A DNA stretch of 63,797 nucleotides, filler included, from Guillardia theta CCMP2712 (Eukaryota; Protista; Cryptophyta): assembly GCF_000315625.1 (NCBI RefSeq). It is 6 parts of 6 records of this genome, joined end to end, with 100 filler letters (N's around TTAATTAATTAA, not from the genome) between each part and the next. Parts side by side here need not be neighbours in the genome. Positions count along the whole stretch, not along the records: positions 13,455 to 36,416 come from NW_005434363.1; positions 36,517 to 48,263 come from NW_005434589.1; 4 more parts are not named here. The stretch is one strand, 5' to 3'. The notes under the pieces are model-generated. The model was not told the DNA's origin. It worked only from the letters and a program-made list of their open reading frames with translations, and did not search any database. This document shows, one piece after another, positions 24,167-36,873 of the stretch; within the stretch, counting starts at the first letter, position 1, and every line of letters starts with the position of its first letter. The translations under genes and the position numbers were made by a program.

Positions 24167-25774
24167 GTTGTTTGAGGTGAATCTAGCAAGTGTCGATTGG
24201 TTCCGATCCTTCAGAGCAACGAGGAAGCAAGAGACTCACTGCTTCAAGTGCTCTTGGCCTTCACTTCCTCTCCTTCTCGCTGTCTCTGTGCCTGGGTAGC
24301 TTCCTCCTCTTCACCTCCTTGGTCTACCTCCAGCTCAAGCAAGCTGCAGACGACTGCAATGTCCCGTCGCTATGGCGAGGGGAACGGAGACTACCCCTCA
24401 GATCATTATTCCACTTTTTTCCCACCCAAATACCGGTGTACTTGTTTTTTTCCTTTTCTCATTACCACAGAATTATTGAGTAAATGTTTTTCATATACCT
24501 GTTCACCGATGGGAAAAAATCCTCTACCTTCACATCGAGGGGTATTTCAGGACATTGCATATTATTTCAGTAATATTTGAAATAATATATTTATATTTCA
24601 AAATAAAATGAAGACTTTCATGGACTGAAGCGGAATCTGCCCTGCCCTCAGGAATGAAGGAGGGGTCTCAGAAGTCGCCTACCCCTCTTCATGGCACCCC
24701 TACCCCTTGATTTGTTTCATCACCCCAGCAAACAATTACGTTTACGGGGGTACTAAACCATTGCCCGAAGGCACCTACCCCTAATATTTTAGTTACACCC
24801 CGTCATGTTCACCCCCTCTTTCTCCCAATCTTACAGCTGTTTATCAGGGTGGGTCCCATTTACCAACCCCGCCTCAATACTTAAAAAAGTATTTTGGATA
24901 TATAAATATATTTGTGTTTTGTATTGATCCTTGGACACTGTCGATCTGTTTCAGTTTTATATTTAAGTTTATTCTTTCTACAAATTAATAATAAATTACT
25001 CAATTTATAAATTGAATTACCTGTAAGTTGTGCTGGTATGTCTTGAGTAAATATTTTAAAATCACAGGGTGAAGAGCCACGGAAGGATGGCCAAGGCGGG
25101 GTTGGGAAACAACGAGGAGGAGGAGGAGGAGGAAGAGGAGGAGGAGGAGGAGGAGGATAGGAGGGGAAGGATAGGAGGAGTAAGAGGAGGAGGAGGAGGA
25201 GGAGGAGGAGGAGGAGGAGGATTACTAGAGGCAGGAGTCTTGAGGATAATGAAAAGAGCTCAATCTCGATCTCCAGTTGAATGATGAAGGATGAAAGAAC
25301 AATATGATAGTGTTAGATTCCGAACTCGCCCGCACGTTGGACGGCAAAGTATAGGTCAAGCCTGTTGTCATGGATGGGAAGTTGCTGTAAGAAACAACTA
25401 GTAAGGGCAGATGAATTCTTAAGAACTTCGCCATGAACAGATGTAGTTTTGATATTTCAGCGAACTCTGCGAGATTGGTCACGATGATTCGTTGAATCGT
25501 CATCCTGATGCTGATTGTGATCCTCCTGCATGTTGTTTAGACACAGATTTGCTTTCCAACTTTTGAGCTTGACTTCTTGCATTCTTATTTATTTCATGTT
25601 GATGCATCTGCAACCTTTGGCTTGTATCCCCTGGCCTCCACAGTGTCGTATCAGAGCTCATGTCTTAGTTTCATGCCTCAATCCCCCGTAGAAGTTTGCG
25701 GCGAGTCCCATAGATAACGCAACATTCACTTTCCATGTCTGATGTGTCTGCCTGCCCTACAGGTGGCTGCTGCC

Positions 25775-27596
25775 ATGCTTGAGAACCGAAGCATTGCAGC
25801 GATCTATGCTGCATGCTTTACTGTTGTTCTTGGGGTAGTGCTGCTGGCGTATCATCATGCACCCACGGAGCTCTACCAGCTCCTCCCAGCAGTGCCCATG
25901 AACAACCAGAGGACCCTAGCGCAGATGCTCGACCAGTTCCACGTGGCTGGCGCCATGGAGGTCCCCGAGCACCCTCCAGGCATGCCCTACGTCAAGACTG
26001 ATCCCATCGGAAGCTTCGAAGTCACCACACCCAACGGTGACTCCCTCGGCAATGTCAGGATCAAAACGCTGCCTGCCCCGGCTGCCCCGCCCCCCACGAT
26101 CATCCGGTTTGGAGACGTTGCTGTGTCTGCCGCTGGTTGCCCGACGTGCCCAGTCCTGGATGAGGAGGCTGCGAAGAAGCAGAAAGAGGACATGGAGGAG
26201 AACGACATCAAGCTTAAGAGGCTAGAGGCCGTTGCGCAGAGGAACAAGGAGCGACTCGAGCACGGCCTGGAAGTGATGAAGTCCCTCAAGGTTCTGCGCT
26301 GTCATGCTCCCCTGCGTGCATTGTGAAATCTCGTTGCTTCAGGAAACTCTGCAGACGTATCTGTTCGACATCAAGGAAGGGCTCAGGAAGGAGGACGAGA
26401 ACATCGAAACCCACCTCATTGAGAAGGAGAAGGAGGCAAGGAGGAGGCCAAGGGGTTGTGCCTGCGATCCGCTAACTGGGCCCTGTAGATCGGTCCTCAA
26501 GGACCCCAGGGTCCTCCAGGCTACGACGGCGAACCAGGACTTCCAGGACACCCAGGGATCCAGGGAAGCCGGTGTGTTGCTCGATGTGTGCTCGTCCTTC
26601 GCCGCTCATGCTGATACTCCCTAGTGGCCTCCGTGGGAAGACGGGAGAGCAGGGAGGGATCGGGATAAGGGGCGCTGCAGGCCCGCCCGGCAAGCCTGGC
26701 CCGATGGTGTGCGGAAGAGGAATGCAGGAGGGTGCAGGCCTGACCTGTGGACAGGGAACGGTTGGACCCAAGGGAGTGCCAGGGCCCGAAGGACCTATGG
26801 GTCCACCAGGTTCTGAGATCTCGTGCTGGTGGGGTAGTCTGTCGAAGTGACGTCGGCGTTCACAGGGGTCCCAGGGCCTGTTGGTCCATCCTCTACCGAG
26901 CTCAAGTGAGTCAGAGGGGACGAAGAGGATACAGGCGACTGAGAACGCTGGCAGGTGCTCGAAGATCGGAGGGTTCATCTACGATGGGATCTGCCTTAAG
27001 TCAGTCACTATCAACAAGGACGAGGACAAGTTCCCGAAGCAGTGCAAGTGAGTCCTGCAACATCTCCTCCTCTCATAGCTGACGCCTTCTCCTCCCCCTC
27101 CTTTCTGCCTACCCTCCGTCAGGCCCTGGACTCCTCACAAGAAGTGGCTCAAAGCCGAGTGGATCGCCATTAAGAACATGTTCTCAGTGAGTGGACGGGA
27201 GCAAAGTTGCAACCGTTAGCTGACGATCCTGTCAAGGTCAAGCCGACAACCTCCAATATAGATTCCAAGGTCAGTCAGTAAGCCCTATGACTTTGACAGT
27301 TGCGCTGACGTTTTCGTGCCAGATGGACGGAGGAAGATGCGATAACCACGCAGCTATCATGTCCTTCACTCAAGATGAAACAGCTTCTAAGGTATGGACT
27401 TGTCATTGTATTCTTGCCCCCGCTCACTGTCGTTGTAGGTTTGGTTGAACCAGCGCACTTTCGACTTCCAACCAACATTCGCGGGACAGACGGTTTGACT
27501 GCACCTGTAGCACCTGTTCATGCTTCTAACTTGCTCGCGCAGTGTACTCTATACAATGCAGAAGACACTATTGCAATTTACGCCTGCGTTGTTTGA
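25775..27596 (+). CDS. Membrane-anchored collagen-like (Gly-X-Y) protein with a coiled coil and a Cys-containing C-terminal domain; ~11-12 exons
   Basis: N-terminal TM AAIYAACFTVVLGVVLLAY; exons encode GPQGPPGPPGYDGEPGLPGHPGIQGSR, GLRGKTGEQGGIGIRGAAGPPGKPGPM, GTVGPKGVPGPEGPMGPPG; ends CTLYNAEDTIAIYACVV*. Confidence 0.8.
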
Positions 27597-27805
27597 AAGC
27601 TCCTCATTGTTTATTTTCCAATAGAAACAAAAGAAACACATGGGTGTAGTTAGTGACGACTGCTTTAAACATGGCGGAGGGGAAAGAGACATGAAGCGAA
27701 GGGCATGGCTCGTTTCTTGTACATCCTGATGTTTACTCAAGTGATGTGACGCTCGGGTCTGCTCGTATTCTGACGGCTCTACAAGGGGAAAAACCTCCGG
27801 CTGCA

Positions 27806-28050
27806 TCACTCGGGTGGAACAGCTCGGCTCACAAAGCAAGCTGTTGCCGTCGCAACATCGCATGGAGTTCCTGGAGAAGTTCTAGAGGCTACCTGCTTCC
27901 GCTGAGGAGTATGCGAGGGGATACAGAGCGCCGCGCTGCCGCTTCCCCCTTCTGACTCGAGCTCGTCCACATCCTTCACCTCCAGGCGCTCAAGGGGGTC
28001 ACAGCTGCTTCCAGTGATGAAGCCGCTGGCACTTTCCGGCTGCTGCACTC

Positions 28051-28084
<34 letters not shown>

Positions 28085-28882
28085 GTTGCATTCGACGGCC
28101 TCCGGCCAGCTCACCTTGTGCAGCTGCTCTTTACCGGGGGGGCCGACATACTCGGGCGACAGGAAAAATTCTTTCGTATGGAGGTCGATGCACCTGTGCA
28201 TGACATGGAAGCTCCCAGCCTGGAACTTGCCGACCCTGAGGTGAGTGGCAGGAGCTGAGAGGATGCAGAGGTGCTTGCGGCTCCTCCTCTTGAAGTCGGA
28301 GACGCAGGTCATGTCGAGAGGAGCGATCGCTTTCCTCTTCCTACGGTACATGAGCGTTCCGTCGCATGGGTCAGTCTTGGCATCTGCCCCGCACGAGTCG
28401 GACGAGGAGGCGCAGGCTGCCTGGTAAGTCTCGGCTTCTGAAAATCCTGAGAGGTCCGAGGAAGCCGATCTCCCCGGTGTCTTGCACGAGTTGTTCTCGC
28501 TAGATGCTGCAGGAGCAGCCTGGGCCGTCGGAGGAAGGTGTACGATCTCAGGCCACTTCACGACATGGCTCTCTTTCTCGTCCTCTGGGCCCACGTATGT
28601 AGGATAGAAGAAAATTTCCTGCGTCCTGGCATCTAGACACTTGTGCAGCTGATAGAACTCCCCTGCGTTGACGGTGCTCAACCTCAGATGGGTGGCCGGC
28701 GCCGTCAGGACGCAAGCTTGGTCGTTGTTTCTTCGGCAGAAGGGCTGAACGCAGTCCATCTTGATGGGTGATATGATTTTTCGCTTCCTCCTCTCCATCA
28801 GAGTCATTCTCCTCGGAGAGGGAGGCGCTGGCTTGTGCGACGAAGCGTGCATGCCTCCCTGCTTCGGTGCATGCGCGTCCAT
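27806..28882 (-). CDS. Hypothetical protein with two copies of an ~80-aa unrecognised domain
   Basis: Long ORF with an internal protein-level duplication (RRKRK..APATHLR..P.YVGP..WPE twice); likely start MDAHAPK at 28882. Confidence 0.75.
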
Positions 28883-31487
28883 CCTGCGGGACCAGAGGTG
28901 AGCTGCTGTGCAGGTTGCAAACACGGGGAGGTTGGGGGAGATAGTTGCTTGCAATGAAGACAAGGATACAAGACCATGTGATACACCTAAAGACTTATTC
29001 TGCACCATCCTTCCCCTACTGTTATATTGAGTCGCTTCTCCATTATCAGGGTTTATCACGATATCGAGACAACAATTTTGTCACTGCCGACAAGATCTTT
29101 GTTTCTCTAACTAAACACTCCATATAAAAATCATTTCATCATGCGAAATCACTGGTAAAAACAAGATCAATCCCGAATTTTCTCGAACATGTTCACGCAG
29201 TATCCTCTTTGCAGATCTTCACCTAAAGATCTTTCTGTCCAACACACGGCTGTCTCCCTAGAATTCATCCACCTCTCTTCCTCACTCATTATCTCTTGTT
29301 TTCAAGCGCCATTTTCCTTGTTTCCCCCTTCCTCTCGACCATCATCGACCTCCTAATCTGCTCTGTCGCCGCCATCTCGTGCGATTTTCGTAAAGTCGGC
29401 CACCCGACCCACCCTTTACTCTCTGTATACCCTACCCCCTCATGCATGGACCCACTTGAATACTCCACTACCCCCCTCCATCAAGCATTCCCCCTTTATT
29501 TTTCCTTAGGAAGGATAACCCCTACCCTTTATTTACCATACCATTTCCGATACATCCCCTACCTGTCTACCCCCCACCCCCTACTTTCCCCCATATGTGG
29601 TGATGATCAACTGCACATGACAATGGACCCCTGATACCCCTACCCCCACACCAAATCCAAAAAGACCCCCTTTACCCCTTTCAAATAACGGTATGTGTAG
29701 GGTGGGGTAGTGAAGAGGACCCTTTGGTCGGATTGATGGAGTCGCCTTAGGGACCGACCACCCCTACCCTACTCAAATTTTCGATGACCCCCTTTGTCCA
29801 TGAGCACGCCGGGTTCTTTGTTGGAATATCCACCGGTTTCTGACCACCCCTACCTCTCTCGACCGCCCGAACGAGGAAAACATCTAAAATAGTTTTAGAT
29901 GGCAGTGTTTGCAGAAAATAATCGCGGCAGGGTCAATGATTGACTTGTTTCTCCTCAAACTATTACCAAATATACATACATGCCTTTGTAAATATTCAAA
30001 TATCATGATTTGATTTTGAACCTTTGCAGGTGAGTACGGAATAAGTTTGAAATAAGTACACTTGTCGAAAATCCGTCCCCATTCCACGTTCTACAGACCC
30101 ATCATCACCCCCACCCCCCAGTCTTCGAATCATGGGGTGCAGGGGGGCATAGTATGCACATAGGTGGGGTAGTTGACTACCAGCGGACGTGCTCTCATTA
30201 GATGCATTGGAGATTTAAGGATGTTCATATTGTATTAGTATGTTATTTAATACTTCAGGGAACTACAGGGTGATAGTAAATTGTGCGATCCCAAAGCTCA
30301 GAGGGCCGGTGGTTGGGTCATGGGGCTACGGATATATGGGGTGGTGTCGCACAATTTTGAAAAGAGTGGGGTGGGGTGGTCTTCCGGAATCCCTGGATCT
30401 AAAAATATTTTTGTATAAAAAGGAATTAGATCCGCTCGTGCGTTTTTTTTCAAAGATCTCGATCTGCCACGAAGAAAGTCTTCTTCGCAGTGTTACCCCA
30501 CCCTCTATTAAATCTAAGAAGAGGGGTAGGGGTCAAACTTGGGGAGTTCTAAATTGTTTTTATGGTTTACCGCAATGAATTCATGGTGAAAAGGAATCCT
30601 TTGAAAATTGAAAAGGCGGTGAGATACGATTGAAGTTTGAAAAGAGTTATGTTCGCACTCTCCCCCTATATGCACGTGTGATCGTCGTTGTGATGCAGCA
30701 GGATGTGCAACGGTCATTGCGACTGTAACGATCTTCAGCCTTCGTTGAGAGAATGGGGTGTCGTTACAAGATTTCCCTTTCCACAACATTGAAAAAACTC
30801 TTTTTCACATCTTCAGTACTGCGCCCCCATTTTTAAATGTGTTTTAGTTGTACCGGTAGATGATTGAAAAAGGTTTTAAAAAGGAGGGCTGCACCCCAAT
30901 CTCCCTAGGGTCTCGAAGCAGGACCCCCTTGACATTTTTCACTCCCATTTTTCTGGGGAAATGTACCCGTCCTATCGGGAGCAATGGACATGAAGGACCC
31001 CCTTTGCTTGATTCCTCTAATACGACTGTGGTCCGCAGACATGGGTCATAGAAGGTGTCAGTCATGGGTGGGGTACACAAATGTAGGGGTGCTTGGAAGC
31101 GGGTTTCCTCAGAAACCTGTGTGTGGGGTCCAGTATTTGGTTCATTCGTGGGGTGGGTAGTAGTTGAAACCCGTATCGATATTTGTAAATTTTGAGACAT
31201 GTACCCCCATACGGAAACATTCTATCTATAAATTTGAAATTTATCATGATAGTTTGATGGATAATTTTCAATATTGAAGCTTTTAAAATGAACTGAAACT
31301 TTGTTGTTTTGAGGCGTTCCAGAAGGGGCGTATTTATGTGGGTGAAACAAATTTCAATAGGGTACCAGCAATCTAATTGTTTATAATTTCAACCTTTGAA
31401 CAAATATTTCAAACATTATTTGAGTCCGAATTCAAAAAGAAATTTGTTGGGCTTGCGAAAATGCAACGGGGGTTGTGGGGTATTGCG

Positions 31488-34166
31488 ATGGCCAATGTTG
31501 GTGTATGGGAAGGCAAAGCAGGAGCAGGAAGAGCATGAGGAGAGTGTTTCATGAACTATCAGACTGTTGATCTCGTGAGAGCTGAGTGGATATGGAAAGC
31601 AGGGTTTGTCATGCAGTGAAGTGGAAGACTTTGCGTTGTCTAACACGCTCAAGACTCACTTTGCTTGTCACAGCAGGTACAAGACTGCTCGTGAGAGATG
31701 CCTGGTTGAGCCAGAGGAATCAAGTCAAAGTTTGAACGCGATTGATTCCGCTGAGCTGGTGGGTCTTGATAGGAGAGGTCCCAGGCAGTCTCGTGCTCCA
31801 GACAGTGATACCTTGCACGCTGACAAAAAGAGGGCATGGCAGCGAACTTTATGTACATTGCGCTTGCTACAATCTGCTTCTCCTTCTTCCTTCTAGAAGC
31901 ATCCTGCGAGTACGAGCCATGGTCAACCAAGTAGACAACAATCTCTCTCCCCCTGAAACATTCTCTCACAGCTGTTGTGCAGATTCAACTCCATGGAGAA
32001 TACCTTGGACAAGGCCTTTGTGGCGTCTAACCCTGGAAGACCGCTCAATCACGTCTTGAAGATCCCACAGAAGCGTCCCAGTCGGCATTTCCTCCAAGCT
32101 GACCATGAGAAGAATCGTATTTTGCTGGAGTCACAACTCAAGGAGGGTGCCCCGCCCAGGGTAGCGGGAGCCGTGGGCAGGTTCAAGGACGAAGAGTTGG
32201 AGGATGAGGTGCAGCATCAGCCCCACAAACGTCTCAACGTCCTATGCCTGCTTGACTTGGACATGACATGCTTCTGGGGAAACGATGCCAACGATCTGGT
32301 GGGTGCGATCGCGGAGGAGGGATGGGGGTTGGGAAGAGGTATTTTGGGTGGTGATTGAGGTGGCAGGGATGTGCAATGCTGTGGATGCAACGGAGCAAGG
32401 AAGATTTGAAGGATCTGGTATCGAGAACATGGTGTGAGGAAGTTTTTTTGTGACTCGGAGCGTCAGTACCGGCTGCTCTGGAACGAAGAGGCGAACCGTG
32501 CGCTGGATGAGCTCTCAAAGTTCCACGATCGCAAAGTTTGCATTTACACCATGAGATCCGCCTTGCTCATGTGATGATGGTGACTGTGTTGCTGAGTCGT
32601 CTCTGACGTCAAGGAAGGTATCATTCGTGCTTCCGAAGGGCGACGATAGCCCTTCGATGGGACCCGTCCTGGCATTACGAGGAGGTTGGCTTTGCTGTGT
32701 TGGTGGTTGCATCGGCCACTGACGAAGGGACGCGGTTGAAGGTGATCGAGATCGACGGGGAACTGAAGTCAGTTCACATCCTACGCATTCCTGGAAGCAT
32801 CACTGACCCCAAGGAGATCCTGCAAACATATTCCGGTGGGGGCGGAGTAGGCGGCACGTGCGAGGGTAGTGAAGGAAGAGTTGGCAGGTGACGAGCCTCT
32901 GCTCGACCTCGAGGAGCGTGATATCGGCATGTGCCTCCTCCGGCTCCTCACAGCTCGTGACGTCCTCAAGGTATCTCCACTCTGCTCCCCCCCCTTTCCC
33001 CTCCAAAAAATACACCTCCCTGCCGTCGTCAACAGCTCTGGAGCAGATTCTGCTCCTCGCACGTTCTTCTACTTGGTCAACGATGTTGATGTCAACGTGG
33101 CAGGAGAAGCTGGGCCTGGAAGAAGCTCCGGAGACTCTCGTGACTTGCAGCGTCAAGGACGTCGTGTTCGCCGCAGAGTGCGTGGGGCATGTTGGAAAGG
33201 ATCACCGGGCCTTCCTATGGGACGACAACGAGGTAGGAAGAGTACCTTGCATGCCTTAGCCCCCAAGGAGGGAGGTGGGGCTTACAAACCCTGTCAGCTG
33301 TTGAAGAATCGTCGGAATGTCTGATGGTCAAGAAGTTCGATCGGCTACCGGCAGCAAGCAGGTTCAGTGGTACGGCTCGAAGAGCGCACAGACTGAGACT
33401 TTTCCTCCAGGAAGCAGCTACTTGACTTCCTTGAAGTTCACCTGCCGCTACAGGTACCACTTGGGGCGAGGGAAGAGCCTTAAGACCGTAGGGGAGGAGG
33501 GGGAGAGGGAAGTGAAAGCATAAAAAGGAAGGGATGGGCAAGGCGGAGCTCCAGAGTTTGTGACGTGACCGCAGGGTCTGAGCCCTAGGCTGAAAGACTT
33601 TCTGCTTGGCGCTCCCGAGACTTCTCGCGTGTTAGAGGAGGAGGACGGAAGGGTTGCAGAGGCCTCGCCCCTTGGTGAAGGAAGCGAAGAGGAGGAGGCT
33701 GTGGCGGTGGAGAAGCCGAGCGGGGACCTTCGGTGGATCATTAGGAAGCGGTCGAGGGGGATTCTTGAAATCACATCCAGCGATGTTTGGTCGCTGCCAC
33801 TGCTTCCAGGGCTGAACAGGTGAGGACGAAGAGAACGAGAAAGATAAGGGAGGGAAGGAGGAGCAAGGGAAGGAGGAGAGAGGAGACGAGTTGTGACGTG
33901 TTGAGCGCAGGCGATGGGCTACACGGACCATCGCGAGGATGGGAAGCAACGCGGACATAACGGTGCAGGCGATCAAGAGGTAGTTTGAAGCTCTAGTCGT
34001 GTCAAGGGAGGAGACGGAGCGAGGGGGCGAGGGGGCGAGGGGACGAGGGAGGAGGAGCTCATGTGCTGCTGGCAGGTCATGGTCACGGACGATTGAGCGC
34101 ATGGGGAGCGGGGTGAGGAAGAGAGAAGAGGAGGTGGAGCGGGGAGCTGATGAGGATCGCAGGTAG
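31488..34166 (+). CDS. HAD-superfamily (FCP1/SCP-like) phosphatase, many short introns; boundaries approximate
   Basis: Motif I LCLLDLDMT (DLDMT at 32254-32268) and motif IV-like AFLWDDN (WDDN at 33218-33229) in exons bounded by splice signals. Confidence 0.55.
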
Positions 34167-34649
34167 AGACGATGCTGAAGGCGATGACGGGGGACGTGAA
34201 TTTCCATGATGCGGCAGGAATTGCTGCGTGAGCATAAGGAGGATGAAGGAAGGCCTGCCCAGCTGTTGGGACTGAGAGGGAGAGGGTAGGACTGGAGGAC
34301 TAGGGGAGAGTACCTTCATACATTGAGGGAGGTTTTGACAAGGGAGGAGGAGGAGGAGGAGCTGTACGAGGAGCTGTAAGAGGGGGTGTGCAGGATGGAA
34401 GGGGGGGGGGAGTTGAAGTGTGTACTATAGTAGTGAGGATGTGAAGTAGTTTGAGGATCTGTATGAATGAGAAGTGACGGTTACCATATGAAAACATGTG
34501 AGGGTGGTAGTCTTACATACATTGATCACTCCTCCTCCTCCCCATCCTCCTCCTCCTCTTCCTCCCTTGCCCTCTCCTCGTCTACATCACAACATCTCGG
34601 AGTTCCTAATTCCAATTCTCTCGCCGTTGACATCACTCGCTCGTCCTCT

Positions 34650-35195
34650 CTACTTCGATCTCATCCTCTCACACTCGAGGAAGAAAGGAGTGTCCGTCTC
34701 AGTCACGCAGAACCCAACCATTGCCCGTGAGCCCTGCACAACCTTGTCAGCTCCTTCCTCTCCTTCCCCCTCCCTTCTCCTTTCCTTTCCTCTCCTCCCT
34801 TCCCCTCCACTCCCCTCTCCTCTAACACCCTCTCCTCTCCTGTTCCTTTGCCCCACCTCTCCTGTTCTCCTCCCCCTCCACTCCTTGTCTCGTTCCTCTT
34901 CTTCTCCTTCCTCCTCCCTCCTGCCTCGCCTGTCCCACCGTCCTCTCTCCTCACCTCTGGACCCATGATCAGGCTCCCGAGCTCGGTCTGGCTGATACCG
35001 CAGCACCTGCAGAGGATAAGACGAGCCCGTCGGTTGCTCCTCCCTCTTTTCTTCTGCCCTCCTCTTCTTCTCTCCCTCCCCTCACACCCCTCGTCCGTCG
35101 TCTTCCTTGTCTTTTCTGCTTCCAAACACATACATCTTCCTCCTCCCCTTCACGTCGACATATCCCTCCCCTGCTCCTGCCCCTGCCCCTGCCCC

Positions 35196-35230
<35 letters not shown>

Positions 35231-36349
35231 CACCACCATGGCTCTTAGCTAGACTTACTTCTTGCCGTCGACGGAGAAGATGACGTAGCCTGACTGAATC
35301 TTTCCGGACTAGCGAGAGAGTCAAAGAGAGAAAGGGAGGGGAGGGAGGGAGGGAGGGAAGGAGGGAGGGAGGGAAGGAGGGAGGCAGGCAGGCAGGCAGG
35401 CAGGCAGGGAGTGTGAAGGATGAGGAGGTGGAGAGGAAGGGTAAGGGGCAGGGGAAGGAAGAGGAGAGGAGAACGAGAGCTGGCGAGCTCGGAGAGCGGG
35501 AGAAGTTTTCCTGACCTTCTCTGCAAAGCCACCTTCCTTGATGCGATTGACCTGAGCAGGGGAGAGAAGTCAGGAAGAGAAGGAGGAAGACGATGAGGAT
35601 GGAGAGGACGAGGACCAGGTGGTGGTCGATGACGATGACGGGAAACAGGGGAAAGAGGAGGAGAGGAGGAGGACATTGGCATGGTGGAGGAAGACCGGGA
35701 GGAGGAGGGAGCAGAAGAGGAGGGAGAAGTAGGAGAGGAGGAGAAAGTAGGAGAGGAGGAGAAAGTAGGAGAGGAGGAGAAAGTAGGAGAGGAGGGAGAG
35801 GAGGAGGAAGTAGGAGAGGAGGAGAAGCTTTAGACCTGCCAGTTTCCAGTGCGTGAGTCTCTTTTGAAAGTGAAGCCAAGTCCAACACTCTTTCCAGCTG
35901 CTGCACGATCCTCTTGGGGAGCAGGAGCAGCAGGAGCAGCAGGAGCAGCAGGAGCAGGGTCTGCGGCATCTAGCAAGAGATAAGAAGAGGGAAAGAGCGG
36001 CAGAAACGAGGAGGCAGATGAAAATGTTCAGGGCACACAACCAAGGTACGAGGAGGCGGAGAGGGGCAGGGGCAGGGGCAGGGGCAGGGGCAGGGGCAGG
36101 GGCAGGGGCAGGGGCAGGAGAAGAACCTTTGGCTAGTAAACTTCCGAGGTCACTTCCTTCGTCCTGGAATGCAAGTGATGACAAGCACGGGATGAATAGA
36201 GTCCAGATGGGATGAAGAGAGAAAGAGGAGGAGGAGAGGCGGGAGAGAGGGCAGGAGCAAGAGCAAGAGGCAGGAAGAAAGGCACTTTCAGAAACCTGTG
36301 CGAGTTTCCTTAGTGCAGTCTCAAGCTCCATCACATCCAATTTGGACCT
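34650..36349 (-). CDS. PDZ-domain protein, 3' part (possible EF-hand half upstream); 5' end missing
   Basis: Spliced exons give VNRIKEGGFAEK|SGKIQSGYVIFSVDGK|CCGISQTELGSLIMGPE|GSRAMVGF...RSK*, a PDZ pattern; upstream exon SKLDVMELETALRKLAQ. Confidence 0.75.
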
Positions 36350-36873
36350 GGTTATTCCCCGTCGTCAATGAAACTTCTACTTGCTGCTTCCCTTCATTCC
36401 CCTGCCCACATCCTCCNNNNNNNNNNNNNNNNNNNNNNNNNNNNNNNNNNNNNNNNNNNNTTAATTAATTAANNNNNNNNNNNNNNNNNNNNNNNNNNNN
36501 NNNNNNNNNNNNNNNNCCTCCCTTCTTCCCCCTCAGCTCTTCTCTGCAGGCCCCTCCTCAAAGCGATCCCCTTCCCCCGGTCGCCTCGTCCCGTCCGCGG
36601 GTCAGCAGAGGTAGCTCCCGCAAACTCCTGCCATTGCCATGACCCCCGGCCAGCAGCCCAGCAGGTGTGAGCCCGCGCAGGCTGGTGAGGGCGAGCTGAG
36701 AAGTCAGCTACACCATTGTTAACGACGGCATCCCGGCAGCTGCTGGGTGGTAGACGCTGTCGAGAGGAGGAGGAGGAGGAGGAGGAGGAGAAGGAGGCAT
36801 TCTTTTTCTCGTCTTATTAACACATGACAACACAAACCTCTCAGCACATATAGTCCAGCAGGACCCTAGCTCG

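Noticed and set aside
30080-30095. Isolated CATTCC (and GGAATG near 24651) as further element ends
   Set aside because: No partner inverted repeat or compositional boundary; a hexamer is expected by chance.
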